64,000 nt of DNA, taken from the NCBI GenBank assembly GCA_013239625.1, contig MU053513.1, positions 2,592,927 to 2,656,926 of the forward strand. The letters run 5' to 3'. Each line of letters begins with the position of its first letter. Within the stretch, counting starts at the first letter, position 1. A model generated the notes under the pieces. The model made no database searches. It saw nothing but the letters and a program-made list of their open reading frames with translations, and had not been told where the DNA came from. Origin of the DNA: Lama guanicoe. Its lineage: Eukaryota. A program made the position numbers and the translations under genes. Of the stretch, positions 11,811 to 25,920 are shown in pieces.

Positions 11811-13479
11811 CTTTTATAAAAGTGATTATAACTAAATGTTTTTTCTAGCCTCCCTACCAAGTTAGATTCTAACTGGTTTGGATTTCGCTCTCTCTTTCTC
11901 CCCATGTTTAAGCTGGTAGAGGAGCAATGAAGAACACATGTCCAGTGTGTGGACAAAGAAAGGGGATTTTTGATGACTAGCCCCTGAATAATGGAAGGTG
12001 ACTATTAGTTTTGTGATAGAGATGAAATGGAAGATGAAATGGCTTTGTTCATGTTTTTCTACCAACTCTGCTCTTATCTCTGAACCAGACTTCTCCCCAT
12101 TCAGGTTCCACATGATAGGGAGGAAAGAGAACCCCTTCCTTCGGAGGGGCCAATGAAAATGGACTGAATAGGCCACTCCCTTTGTGGAGTCTGCGCAGAG
12201 AACCCGCCCCAGGGTCTCACCTGCTCTGCTCTAATCTCAGTAGCTGTACTCCTCCGCCCACACCGTGGCCCTTCATTCAGATTTCTCAAAATAAAATCAT
12301 GCTTATCCCATTTACTTTTGGACTTGGTTTTCTCTTAGATTTTATTCCCTTGAAACTATTATAGGCATTTCCTTGAGCGGACTCCTTTTTTTGGTATGAA
12401 GTTGCCCAACCAATCTCCACCTGCCAGACTCTGAAACCCAGACAGAGGGCCTGAGAGTGGTCTTGAAATTGTGCTTCCTGAAAACTCTCTGCCATGGAAA
12501 AAGGGAAGGTTTTAAGTGATTATTAATTATATGGTGATTATTAAGGTGAGATAGGAGGGAGGGAGATAGAGGAGGGTACTTGGGTAACGTGCACACAAAA
12601 GTGCTCAAACTTAAACTTCTGGCTTCTTTCATCGGATCACACAGACAGGTTAGAAAAAGGTTAGAAACGCAGGTCAAAAAGAGGGCACCTTCTTATAATT
12701 TCAGGCTTGTGCGTCATCTGAGATCACAGTGCCTATCATGCAATGGAATAATTCTTTAAAAATATAATTATCTTATGAATAGTGCAATTATATCGCTTTG
12801 TGTGTATAAAAATTGTCAATTTGTTAAGTGAAAACATTTAATATATGTTTTAGATTTGTCATTTAAAAATTTTTATGTACTTGGAGTCTCAAAAAAAAAA
12901 AAGAAAATATCTGAAACCTTTATCTATTTCTGAAAAGCTCTGGAGAAAGAAAGGAGAGGGAGAGGAAGAAAGAGAAAGAAAAAAGAAAATTGGGAAATGA
13001 GAAAAGAAAAACAGGACTGGACTTCAGTTTGGGTGCAGAAGAAACTTAGTCTGCCTTTTACCATGATCCCTCTGCTGTCCCCTCCATTTCTTCCCACAAA
13101 GACTGAAATGCCCCTTTCCCTCTCTATTGCCTGATTGTATACTGATGAATACATGCAGATTAAAATATGCAGGGGACATGGGGTGGCTTCCACGAGAATA
13201 CCCTACAGGGTTTTATGAGCTGCTAAAATGCACAGCCCCAAAATCCCCTGATTCTGTGACCTCACATAGTAGGGTCTTCAAAAACATTTGTTATACTGAA
13301 TTCAAGTGAGTAAGTTTTGAGACGGATTTTCAAGTTCATCTCCAAATGTCTGTAGCAAATCAATAAATAGCTTTGCCTAGAGGTATCCCCGTGGATGATT
13401 TGGGTAGTGAATTGGCTTCCATTCACTCATGACTTATCAGCTCAACCAACCCCCTGCACCAAAGAGATGTCTGACTGTT

Positions 13480-13650
13480 TGAAAGACCTAAATTTCTAGC
13501 CCCAGAGCTGAGTTGAACTAGCTGCGTGATCTTGAGTAAGTCACTTTATCCTTCTGAACACTGTTTCCTTCTCTGAAAATAGAGGCATTGAATTACGACA
13601 GTAGGAGAGATGGTTTCCAGATCTAAATGTTTGTGATTCTGTGATTTTTA
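13480..13650 (+). mobile_element. MIR3/MIR SINE
   Basis: 'aactagctgcgtgatcttgagtaagtcacttt...ctgtttccttctctgaaaatagagg...ttgtgattctgtgatt'. Confidence 0.75.
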
Positions 13651-15319
13651 ATTATTGTTTGATACGATGCTGTGTATGGTATATGACACAAAAACTCAAT
13701 CCTACCTATGTGGTCATCTGAGTACACTGTATCAACATTCCTCAAGCAAATTAATATTTCTATCCATGCACACAACTATTGAGCCTGTGTTTCTGAAAAC
13801 ATCAACGGCTTATTTTTGGCATGTCAATGCAGAGGCAATGGAAACTTGGTCTGAGGGAGGACTGAAGAAATAAGGTTTGTGGTTATTAAGGAACTTATGC
13901 AAATTTCTCAACAGACTGTGGTCCCTTTCTAGATTGCCATGATGAGATTTTTAAGTCTGACGCCAGCCCTAGCCTACCTCTGGAGAGTATGGTTACATGT
14001 TTAGACACATCTTACCATATCACAGTGGGAGCTGGTTGAAAGCACCGACCAACTGCACTTTCTTGCCCTGGAATTTTCAACCATGCCGTAACAGCACAAA
14101 GCTATTTTCTTTAGGAAGTACATTTTACTGATTAGAAAATACAAAAATAAAGCCAAAGTCTGGCAAACAAGGAGCTCAGAAAGGTGATTAATAAGAAAGA
14201 GGAAATTATGCTGCAAGAACATATCTTTATGAATGTGCACTCCCTGTAGCTAATATCTGAGGCAAATATTTTGAATTTTGAAATGGCTCATAAATGCAGC
14301 TTTCATAGAATGATAGCAGTATAATTCTTAGAGAATATACATATTGCTTAAAGAACAAACACAGCTCTTTTCTAATAAGTAGTTAAGCTTTGTTGATTAT
14401 TGACAGAACAAAAAGTTGAAAAACAGTAAGGGAAAATTTTCAGAAGAAAGCCTTCCAGCTTATGCCACTTGAGGTAAAAACGTATTTTACAGAAAAGAGA
14501 GGCACAGAAACTTGTTTTTAATAGCGTGTAGCATCAATATTTTTTTTTTTTGCTAGCATTCAGTGTTCATGGTAAAGAAAGCAGCTGTTTACATCCAATA
14601 TACTCTTTTCTTGGCTTCCTTCATCTCTAGCAGACTTTGAGAAAAGAACGTATTTCTTTTACAAACACAATACAAAAATTCCTGCACTAGGGAACAGCTC
14701 TACCCTCTCAAATCTAACAAATTGATACAAGGCTTTTATTTTTTTCTCATTTATTCTCCCTGTAGCATACCAGTGCATACATCACTACTGGTGTATTAAT
14801 AATATTTAATGATAATTACGTTAGCAACATTAATAAAGTATTTTAATTCTCTTTCCCAATTAAATCAATTCCCTTGTGCTAAAAAGAAAATCATTAGTAA
14901 TTCCACATTGACTCACAAAATTTTCCAATTATTTTAAGGCTGGATTTTCTGCCTTCCACAAAGATGTGGTAAATAAATAAGGCCTTTGCTTATAATAATT
15001 CAAGTCCTTCTATTTCAGCTCCTGTATGTAGAATTTTTGTAAGAAGTTATAAGGAAAGAAAGAGCTCCTCAGGTGTTAGAAGGGGCTGGGAATTGGCACC
15101 TTCATTTGCCAGTTTCAGCAAGAGGCTTCTCCAGTAATTTACACGTGGGACTGAGATTGTCCTTTTTTCCTTGATTTCCTTTCTAATATTATAATAAATT
15201 GTGTTCATCTTTTACTGTTTTCCTTTGTCTTAATATATAGCACAGGCTTTTGTATTTATAAGGAACCAGTTCATTTAATGAAGTCTTAAGACTCATTATT
15301 GGATGGATATATCATTGGA

Positions 15320-15650
15320 TGGATATAATCAATCTTTACTTCTTACTCATAGCACAGTCCAGTACCAGCCATGTGATGATCCTGCATGGCCTTCATCCAA
15401 GATGTAGGGACCAGGCTATTTCTAACTTGCAACTTGGGGATCCCAGAATCCTTTGCTTTGACCTCTTTGCTGGAAGAGAGAAAGTGTGTGGAGAAGGCAC
15501 TTTCATGCTTCTCTGCTTCAGCTTAGAAAGGATGCAGACTTACTTTAATTTTCCAGCAGCAGGAACTAGTCTTATGTCCCCAGCCAGATACACAAGGACA
15601 GAGAAATACAGTGGAGCACATTGTATGCGTGAGGCTATTTTGTGAGTACC
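15320..15650 (-). mobile_element. MLT1 (ERVL-MaLR) LTR, old subfamily
   Basis: 'tttacttcttactcatagcacagtccag...aggaactagtcttatgtccccagccaga' is an antisense MLT1 pattern. Confidence 0.55.
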
Positions 15651-16214
15651 AATATTCTCAGCCGTATCTCAAGAAAAATTAGAATTATTTCTTCTGGGAA
15701 GGGGGAAAAGAAAAATTCAAGGTGTAGCTAAACAAAACAAAGAAATCTTCCTTCCTCTCAAGAGTGTGGAAGGCTTTTTCGATTAATGAATTCTAGATAT
15801 TCAATAATCCCAACATTAGTAGTGCTGAATATTTCCTCTTTGGAAGGCACTTTTACTTTGGAAGTAGCCTCAAACTTTTTTAGTTTCTGAAATATAATAG
15901 TTGCTCAATAAATATTTGTTGACTCCATGAATGTTTGTCAATTCAATTCAGAACTTTAATAGCCTTGCACCTTATCATTGGTTGGCTAAAGGGCCACTGG
16001 TAATAACATAACTTTGGTTACAGGTGACTTTGCCACTGTTTACAGAGATCACTGGGCAGCAAATGAGCAGAGGTGCCCTCCTCCTTCTTTGACTTTGTCA
16101 GCCAGGTGGTGAACATGGAAGTGCTCTGGATCTGCACTCTAGAGAGAAGAAAAATCTATCCAACTGTAGCCTCGTTCTTCCTCCTTTTTCCCCCTTAAAT
16201 AATACCTTTCTTGC

Positions 16215-16640
16215 TACAGATTAGGGTAAATTCTAATAATGTTACAGATAAACCCCAGCATCTTTGAAGTATTTTATTATGGAAGTTTATTCCTTACTCA
16301 TGGCATCTCAGGCAGATGCTCTTGGTCAGGCAGGCTCATTTGCCGGTTGTGTTACAGCGACTAAGACTCCTTCTATCTTAAAGCGCCACTGCCTTCCACT
16401 TATGTCTCCCAGTTTACGCTGTGGTGTCGTCTCCATTCAAGTCAGCTGGAAGCGGAATGTATCACAGGAGGTCTTACCTAGGAGGTTTATATGGTAGAAT
16501 TTTTCATAGGCCTAGAAGTTGTATATATCACTTCCACCTGTATTCCACTGGATGAAAGTCAGTCTTATAACCATATCCAGCTGCAAGGGAGACTGGGAAA
16601 TGTTTTTGAGTAATTATTCTAGGAGGGGAAAAACAGGCAG
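16215..16640 (-). mobile_element. MLT1J/K-like MaLR LTR
   Basis: 'gaagtttattccttactcatg...ggcctagaagttgtatatatcacttccacctgtattccactgg...ctgcaaggggagactgggaaatgt'. Confidence 0.75.
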
Positions 16641-17214
16641 TCTCTGTAAAAATGGCCAACACAAATTAAGCAGACATGTATTCATAAGCTATTAATTCCC
16701 AGAAACAAAGATACTTATGTTAATAGGACTAAAGATTTTATTCACACTGTACACAGATGTATATTTTATCTTTTAGTTATTTACTCTCTTTCACAAGCTG
16801 ACACCCAATGATAATGAAAAAAGAAAAGAAACTAGATTTTAGTCCAATTGAGTGATACAGTACCATAGAAGCATTCTTATCTGACATTCTTTTTATCGAT
16901 ATTTGGTTGGCTACTTGAAAAAGTTTAGGAAGGCAGGAAATCACAAAAATAGATTCATACATACATTAATGATTTCAACTTGAAACATACAAGTAGACAT
17001 TGTATTGCAGACATTGTATTGCTTAGTTTTTAATATAAATTCAGACTTTCATCTCTGTATAGATTATTGATTCAAATGAATCCCATCTTTTTGCATAAAC
17101 TACACCCACTGTTTTCTGTAATTTTAAGTTTCGATTTTCTTAAAAGGAGCACATTTCCAACTACTTCCATCTTTTACAGTTATCTCTCACACATCTAATT
17201 TGAGAGTCATTTTA

Positions 17215-18806
17215 TATATATACACATGTATTTATATATAGATATATTTATTGAAGTATTGTCAGTTTACAATATTGTGTTGATTTCTGGTGTACCACAC
17301 AATGCTTCAATCATACGTGAACATACATATATTCATTTTCATATTCTTTTTCACCATGTTACTACAAGATATTGAATATAGTTCCTTGTGCTATACAGTA
17401 GAAACTTGTTGTTTATCTACTTTATATATAGTAGTTAGTATCTGCCAATCTCGAATTCTCAATTTATCCCTTCCCACCTGCTTCCCCCTCTGGTAGCCAT
17501 AAGTTTGTTTTCTATGTCTGTGAGTCTGTTTCTCTAAGTAAGTTTCTTTGTCTTCTTTTTTTTTTTTTTGATTACACATATGAGTGATATCATATGGTAT
17601 TTTTCTTTCTCTTTCTGGCTTATTTCACTTAGAATGATATTCTCTTGTCCATTTTTGTTGCTGCAAATGGCATTATTTTATTCTTTTTATGGCTGAGTAG
17701 TATTCCATTGTATAATTATACCACAGCTTTTTTATCCAATCATCTGTCAATGGACATTTAAGTTGTTTCCATGTCTTGGCTATTGTAAATAGTGCTAGTA
17801 TGAACATTGGGGTGCATGTATCTTTTTGTTAAGGTACCCTCTGAATATATGCCCATGAGTGGGATTACTGGATCATATGGTAAGTCTATTTTTAGTTTTC
17901 TGAGGAATCTGTATATTGTTTTCCATAACGGCTACACCAAATTACATTCCCACCAACAGTGCAGTAGGGTTCCCTTTTCTCTGCAGCCTCTCCAGCATTT
18001 ATCATTTGTGGACTTCTGAATGATGGCCATTCTGACTGGTGTGAGGTGATACCTCACTGTAGTTTTGATTTGCATTTCTTTGATTATTAGTGACACTGAA
18101 CATTTTTTCATGTGTCTATTGGTCATTTGTATGTCTTAACTGGAGAATTGCTTGTTTAAGTCTTCTGCCCATTTTTGGATTGGGTTTTTTTGTTTCTTCT
18201 TATATGTTTATTTCTTTTATGTATATATGTGTGTGTGTGTGTGCGTGTGTGTATATATGTATCTGTTTATATGTTCTGGGGATTAAGCCTTTGTTAGTCT
18301 CATCTTTTGCAAATATTTTCTCCCATTCAGTAGGTTGTCTTTTTGTTTTGCTTATGGTTTCTTTTGCTGTGCAAAACTTATAAGTTTAATTAGGTCCCAT
18401 TTGTTTATTTTTGCTTTTATCTCTATTGCTTGGGTAGATTGCCCTAGGAGAACAGTACTGAGATTTATGTCAGATAATGTTTTGCCTATGTTTTCTTCTA
18501 AGAGGTTCATAGTGTCTTGTCTTATGTTTAAGCTTTAAGCCATTTTGAGTTTATTTTTATATATGGTGTCAGGGAGTATTCTAACTTCATTGATTTACAT
18601 GCACCTGTCCAGCTTTCCCAACATCGTTTGCTGAAGAGATTGTCTTTATTCCATTGTATGTTCTTGCCTCCTTTGTCAAAGATTAATTGACCAAAAATGT
18701 GTGGGTTTATTTCTGGGCTCTCTACTTACCAATCCTTCTCAAACTCTTCCAAAATATTGAAGAGGAGGGAATACTCCCAAACTCATTCTGTGAAGCCACC
18801 ATCACC
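17215..18806 (-). mobile_element. Cetartiodactyl L1, about 1.6 kb, 5'-inverted, with 15-bp TSD
   Basis: Antisense 3'UTR and ORF2 C-terminus (ORF 17932-18126 ...[23 protein letters not shown]...KCWRGC is L1 ORF2). Sense ORF2 piece at 18725-18806. TSD ttgagagtcatttta at 17200-17214 and 18807-18821. Confidence 0.95.
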
Positions 18807-18869
18807 TTGAGAGTCATTTTAAGTGTGTCTTATCTTTAAGATTTTCCAAGACTTCATATTCATTTTTTT

Positions 18870-21800
18870 CTTTTATGGTGAAATACATCAAACAAATCAA
18901 AATACATATCTACAATTTAAAAAGGTACCTACCACTCAGCTTTAGAATCACATTGTTTGGATACTAGAAGACCCACTGGGTTCCCCACCCCTACATTCTA
19001 CTCACTTTTCTCCTGCTTCTGAGGTTAACTTTACTTTGAAGTTTGTGTGAATTATTTCCTTTGCTTCTTACATAATTTTACTGGATGTTTAAATATTCCT
19101 AAATATATATCTTCTTTTATTTGGCTAGTTTTTGCACTTTATATCCATGTAATCATAAAGCCTATCAATGACTTACCTTTTTTCATTCAAAATAATTCTT
19201 TTGAAAATCATTCATGTTAATGGATATTTCTGTTGTTCACTCATTTTAACTGCTGTAGACATTATTTCATATTTTGAGTATGTCACAATTTATCCATTCT
19301 ACTATTGATGGAGAGTGGATTGTTTCTAGATTTTGCTTCTATAAACATTATTGTACATGTCTCTTCATGCACACATACAAAATTTCCTTGGTGATATGTA
19401 GCAGTGGAGATACTGGGTCATAGATAGTGGGCATGTTCAAATTCACAATGTAACCCCAAACAGTTTTCCAAAAAGGCTACACCAGTTTACAATCCTACCG
19501 GCTGTACATGAGAGTTCTCATTGTTCCACATGACCAACAGAATATTTTCCTACTGTTTATCTGAGATACTAATTCATTGTTGGATAAATGTAATGAGTAT
19601 CTTTTTGCCAATTTTTGGATTCTCATGTCTTTCTTCATTGTGTTTTTTAGTGAACAGGTGTTTAAAAAACTTCCACATAATAAAATGTATTGTTTTCAGT
19701 TTATAAATTGAGTTTTATATCTTGTTTCAGAAATATTTATCATCCCAAGGTCATAAAGAAATTCTCCTATATTCTGTTTTTAAGTTTTATAATTTTCCTT
19801 TCACATAAAAGGATTTAAACTATCTGGAGTTGATTTTTGTGTCTGGCATGAGGTAACAATTCAGTTTCATTTTTTGTTCAGTGAAGAGCCAGTTGTCCCA
19901 GTGCCTTTATTAAATAATCTGTCATTGCCCCCACTAATCTGCAATGCTGGCTTTCTCATATATTGTGTTTCTATATTAAATAGGCTCATTTCTAGACTCT
20001 TGCTATTCTATTGGGTTATTTGTCTACCCCTGAGCCATTACAAAGCTGATAATTGCTGTAGCTTTATAAATTTTTTTAATATCTTGTAGGAAACTTTCCC
20101 TAATGTCCCATTGTGTAAAGATAGGCAACTATATGCGGGGGGCCACTCATGACCTGAGGACTGCCGAGCACAGAGGTTGGGCCTAAACTCCCACAGTGCA
20201 GGGCGTCAGGCTCTGAGGTTGATCTCTCAAGGACAATCTCTGTCCCGCCACCCCTTTGAGGAATGTGCCAGATGCATTAAGGCCTGAAGGAACATCCTGA
20301 GCTATCAAGTCACTAAGGACCTTTGGAAGGAGAGATACAATCGGCATGCAAGTTAGTGATCTTAGCCTGAAGAACAATCACCTGAGATAATAGTACATGA
20401 GTCACATGTTAGCTTAGAGGAACAATGCCTTAGTTTATCATCTTGGTTCCAGGAACTCTTAATCTTAGTTTTAGGAGAACTGTAAACAATAATGATGTCT
20501 GTAACAATATACAAGTTAATGATTTTAGTACACGTTGTTAATGTGCCTTAAAACAATACCTTTGCCTACATGCAGGAATGTATGAGCTAATGGGTTAAAA
20601 TCATATAAATTAACTGCAAGAAATAAACTCGTCGTCCACTCTTGACCTAGCGTCTTGCGGGCTAGAGTGAGACCCTCTCAACTCCACCTTTTAGTCTTGT
20701 CTTTCTTTCTCAGTCCTGCAGCACAGGTTTTCTGGACCTGATCGATTGTCGGCAGGCTCCGACAACTTTATGATATTGAATTATCTTATTCATGATCATG
20801 GTAGAGTTGTCCATTTATTTAATATTTTAATATCTTTCAATAAGATTTTATAATTTGATCCTTGAAAGTCTTTTGTATGTTTTTAAAACATTATTACTGA
20901 ATAGTTTATCCATTTCTTGATATGGTAAGTGCATCTTTAAAATTATATTTTGTAACTTTTTCTTTAATAACTTAGTAAGATCTTTTGGGTTGTCTATCTA
21001 CACACATGGGGTGATTGTCAAATAATAGTAATTTTGTTTCTTGCTTTGTTGAAATTCATCAAAGCAATTTTTTCTGTGGACATTGAGATGATCATACCAT
21101 TTTTTCTTCCTTCATCTGTTAATGTAGTGAATTACATTATCGATTTTCCAATATTAAGCCAATTTTGAATTTCTGAGTTAAATGCAACTTAGTCGACCAT
21201 GTTTGGATTTGATTGGCTAATAATTTAGCACTTCTACATTTATGTTCATGAGACATTAGACTGTAACTTTTCCCTTTTGTGCTATTGTCAGATTTTGATA
21301 TCCAAGTTGTGTCAACCTCAATAAATTTAAAAGGGAATATATTCTTTTTTCTCTACTCTAAGGATACTTTGTGTGAAATTAGAATAATTTGTCTCTCAAA
21401 TATTTTATAAAAACATCAGTAAAACCAGAAAAAAAAATTCTGGTTTGTTTCACTAATGGTTATGTGACTATTCAGTTTCTTTATTTATTTGTCAGTCCAT
21501 TTTAATAAGTTTTAATTTAGGAATTTGCCCAGTTCCTCTTAGTTCTCAGGTTTTTTTGGCATAAAGCCAATCTAAATATTCTCTGTTTATTTCTTAATCT
21601 CCACTCTATATGTAGTTATACCACCTGTTGCCTTCTTAAAATTATTCATTTGTCACTTTTTTCTGTTTATTCATTTCATATTTTTGCCTATTTTGAAGGA
21701 ACTTATCTTTCTTAAAGAATGGTATTTGATTTGTTCTCACCCTTTATAGTAGCTTTTTTCTCCTCTAGTTTATTCATATCTGCTCTTATTGCTATTATTT

Positions 21801-22390
21801 TTTTCCCGTCTGCTATTTTAAGGTTTACCTGGGGTTCTGTTTCTAATTTAATTCATTAATTTTCAGCTTTTCTTATTTTCTAATACAGGTTTTTAAGGCT
21901 ATAAATTCTCTTCTAAGTAACACATTAGCTGCACACCACAAGTGTTGATACTGTTGCAAAATTGCTCAATTACAAATATTTCCTAATTTCCACTGCAATT
22001 TTTTTTACTGGGAATTGTTTTGAAGTATAATTTGAAATTTCTGGCATTTTGGGTTTCTTTAGGTTTTTTTGTCATTGTTGTTATCATTGTTGTTAATTTC
22101 TAACTATATGCTTGCAATCAGGAAATAAGCTATGTTTGGTACTAATTCTTTAAAACTTATTGGAGCTTTCTTTATGGCCCAGCATATCATTAATTTTCAT
22201 GATATTCCATGTGTACCAAAGAAGAATGTGTATTCTGGAGTTTTGAAGTACAATGTTCTGACTAGTTCTAAAACATTTATTGTGCTGTTTAAATTTTATC
22301 TATCCTTACTTGATTTTGACTGCTTATTCTATTCACTGTTGAGAACCTTATGTTTAAGTGCCCCATTATCGTAGTAGATTGTTAATATCC
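18870..22390 (-). mobile_element. Ancient L1M (3'UTR through ORF2), interrupted by an LTR at 20134-20764
   Basis: Degraded antisense L1 ORF2 motifs throughout, e.g. 'tatctggagttgatttttgtgtctggcatgaggta', 'attgagatgatcata', 'tttatggcccagcatat'. Confidence 0.8.
20134..20764 (+). mobile_element. Solo LTR, ERVK/betaretrovirus-like, 631 bp
   Basis: TG(CGGGGGG)...(GGCTCCGA)CA termini. 6-bp TSD actata/acttta with 1 mismatch. TATAAA at 20604-20609 and AATAAA at 20622-20627. Splits an old L1. Confidence 0.85.
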
Positions 22391-22424
22391 AATTTCAGTG
22401 TAATGATAGACTTCCAAATAAACT

Positions 22425-22830
22425 CTTGAGTAAGCGGAGGCGTATATGAGTCTGGAGTTCAGCGGAGAGGTCCGATGTGGGAATGCCCATCTAGGAATCC
22501 TTGCATGGAGATGATCTTTCAGCCAGGAGACTGGGTGAGGTCACACAAAGAGTGAAAGTAAGAAAGAAGAGTAGATGCCTGAGGATTGAACCTCAGGAAA
22601 CACCCCTCAGGACTGGGGCGTTTATGGGACAGAGAGATGAGGAAGAACAGACAAAAGTGACTGGAAGGACAAAAGAAACTGGCGAAATAAGGGGGGGAAA
22701 CCAGAGAGAGTGACACGCTGAAAGCCAGTGAAGAAAGTTTTCCAAGGAGCAGGGACCGATTAACTGTGTCAAATGTTGCCAGCTTACAACGGATGAGGAC
22801 TGAGAATTGAACAATGGACTCAGAGGACCT
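22425..22830 (-). mobile_element. L2 LINE fragment
   Basis: 'gagtctggagttcagcggagagg...aactgtgtcaaatgttgcc...gatgaggactgagaattga' is the purine-rich antisense L2 pattern. Confidence 0.8.
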
Positions 22831-24739
22831 AGGAGCTGTGTATCTCAACTGCTGGGAGCGGAAGTCTACGTGTGAGTGGGGCTGGGAGTAGCTATTGTTG
22901 GCCACCAGCATTCAGGGTGCTGGGGTCCTGTCTTTGCTGTCAAGGAGCCAAGGAGAAGGGGAGTCTGATAAGAGCACTCTGGCTGTCCCCCTCTGCTAAC
23001 CTTACTGCCCATCTGTGACAGGGCTGTCCCCATTGTGATGGAGCTGTCCCCACTGTGGTTTGCATGAGCCTGTGAGTTAGCCTCCTTTGGGGTCCTGGGA
23101 AGAGAGCAGGACAAGAGTCTTTGTGCCCTCAGAGTTCCAGGCCATCACCCAAAGCCCTCCCCTTCCTTCCAGGGTGGAGCTCACAGCACAATAACTCTCA
23201 CTACCAACCTCTCTCCTTCCTCTGGTGGCCTCCTGCTCACACTTCCTTGCAGCCAGAAAAAACAGAGCCTTTTCTCTGCCTACCTTGTGTTCTTTTACTC
23301 CCTCTCCAGTCTCATTGGTAAAAAGAAGTCTTCTTCCATGCACTGGTGGAGAAGCGCGTGGTGGACTATGAGCTAAAGAATGCTGGGAAGTATTTAATGT
23401 TTGATAATTGATACTCCCATCACACGTGGCCTGTAAGAAAGATGGATTTTCCATCTCCCTCTTCCCTCCCACACATGCTCACACACAAAGTGGCCGTTGA
23501 CTCTGGTTTGGAGGAAGATGGCAGCAATAGATAGGCCTTCAGGGAGAGACTAAAATATAAAGTTGAATGAAGGAGTCGTCTCACTGGAAGCCTTGAGAAC
23601 ATCAGGATAAAAAGTCCTCAGTTCTAACCATCAGCGCTGTCCCTAGAAGGGTAAGGACTCAAGATACCTCAGCCAGTGCAACTTGAGAAGGACCTTCGAG
23701 CTGAGTAAGAGAGGCCCCTGCCCTGTATCCTGCACCTTAGGAGACCCAACTTTGGCCCTCCTCTGTCCCTGCTTTTCCTAACTGGGATAGAAGTGCCCAG
23801 GGGCAAAGGAACAGGCCCCCCAGGAAGCTGTATGGCCCCAAACCTCGACTTCTAGGCCACATTCTGAGTACCACCATCCATGTCTCAAAGCCCATTACTA
23901 AGGCTTATGCAGAATTCTTCTCCAACATTATGCAGAATATCCTCCCAACAGTGGACCAAACTTCAAATGAAACTGCTCTAGGCCCTAGGTGCGACCAGTG
24001 AGCGGTTGCTGTGGTAGCAGGAGTGGGTGTGATGGAGCTTGGCAATGGGAAGAGGTACCCATGTACATGTGAACATCCCGCAGCCTGGGATGGGAAGAGG
24101 GGGCCGTGGGCTGATGAAGTTTTTTCCAAACCGCCACACCCCAGCGTGGAACCTGGAGGACTCTGAGACCTCTTAAATTCGAAACTGGTCTTCAAGGTTG
24201 TTATGAAGATATATTTGTCAAGGTAGAAAGATAAAACGGCTTTTACTTGACATTTTACCAGATCGATTTATAAATTATAAATATTTAAACACATTGTCTA
24301 TCTTGTTCTGGGTCCTATAGATGTGAGGGTTGGAGTACAAGGAGTAAAAAGACGCAATGTAGGCTGGCGTTTGTATAAAGTAAGGTCACGAACAATGCAT
24401 ATATGTGTAAAGTAAAAGTCATTAAAGCTAAATGCTTTAGGTCTCTTAATAAGGCACAGCACCCTGCTGCATGGCTTCCTAGCTTAGGGCCTTAGCAACA
24501 CTCCGACTGCTGTATCCACGATGTGGTCCTGCTGGTCAGGTGGCTTCCTCACTCCTCTGAAATCCCCTCTTTCCCAAATAAAAAGCCACTTCCCTCCCCT
24601 GGCTGTGTACCTCTCCGCCTTCCTATATTTCTGTTTTCCTCCCACTGAATTGCACCATCTTACCAGCTCCCTCCTGCTCTGCTTAGACTAAAACCCTCCT
24701 GGTCTCTCCAAGCTTAACAGAGCACCCAACCTTGGTGAT

Positions 24740-24890
24740 TTTTCATCATCTGTTTATGTTTCTGTCTCTCAGTAGCATTTGAGCCCCTGAGGTCAGGGAG
24801 CATATCTGATTCATCTTTGTTTCTCCAGGCCTCTTGAAGAATCCTGCACATGCAGGCATTCACTGGATGTCTTTAGGATAAATGAATAAA
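24740..24890 (+). mobile_element. L2 3' end
   Basis: 'tgagcccctgaggtcagggagcatatctgattcatctttgtttctccag...ataaatgaataaa'. Confidence 0.7.
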
Positions 24891-25920
24891 TTATATGATT
24901 CTTATAGCATACGTATCTAGCACGATGGGTTCAGTCCTGGAAGATACACTGAGTGTACAGCAGGAGGGCTGTTTCTTCTCTGTATAGTCTGCCTTACTGA
25001 CTGATTTAAAATTCTGAAAAGGGTGCCATAGTTATCTTTCAGTGAATCTTGCAGAGAAACCAGCATCACTGTAAGATCAAAGTTGGTTTCTCATGCTACC
25101 TTGTTAGGTTGATTAAAGAAGAAAGGATGTGAAGAACATGATGTAGGAGAGAAATGGAGACAGGCACTTCTAAAATCATGGTAATGGATGTCCTGTGTCT
25201 GCAGGTGTATTTTGGTAAGGGGAGAGGGAGAGAAAAAAAATGGAGATTAAAAATTATCTCAAGATCCTGCAGTGAGAATTCTATTTTTTTCCTTCCCTTA
25301 TCACTGTCCTTATTTCTAGGATTCAAAGTGATCTTTGAGGTGATCTCCACTGTCACTACACCCTTCCCTCTTAGTATAGGCTGTCATATTGCTTGACAGT
25401 TGCATATTTCTATCTGGTTTATACAACTTGCAAATATCTTCTTAAGCATCATGCTGCCTTGAGAAAATGATGCTGGCAGTTTTGACTTTGTATCATCCCC
25501 TAGACCGATAACAGAGCTTTAAAAACCCTCCTACTAATTCACATTGGTCTTTGGAATAATTCTTTTCTTAACGTTATTAGTTCATCAGTGAATTAATTTC
25601 ATTCTGGCTTTAATTAAGTTTTTTAAAAAACCATCATCACAGATAATATAGATAAGAGGGCTAAAAAAGTCAGTATCAAGCCAAAAGCTACACTATGATT
25701 AGGCAATTTATCAGGACAACACCTCTTCTCACAATTCAAGTCAAATAAAAATGAGTAATAGGGAGTGAGGTGGCAGCTGAAACAAGGTGATCTTCTGCAG
25801 TCACGTCCCTTTCATAGTTGTGGGGAGGACCAGGGCTTGGGCGTGATGCAAGTCAGAAGCAGATGCAGTGGAAAGCAGACCTGGTAGTAAGAGCGAGCAA
25901 CTGGAATTGCAAGCATTTTT

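Noticed and set aside
16995..17022. 14-bp tandem duplication (agacattgtattgc)x2; similar short duplications near 15297 and 37990
   Set aside because: Ordinary slippage duplications; no array, spacer or CRISPR-like structure.
17807..18538. ORFs with real protein similarity
   Set aside because: They are fragments of L1 ORF2 or its antisense inside a truncated L1, not a host gene.
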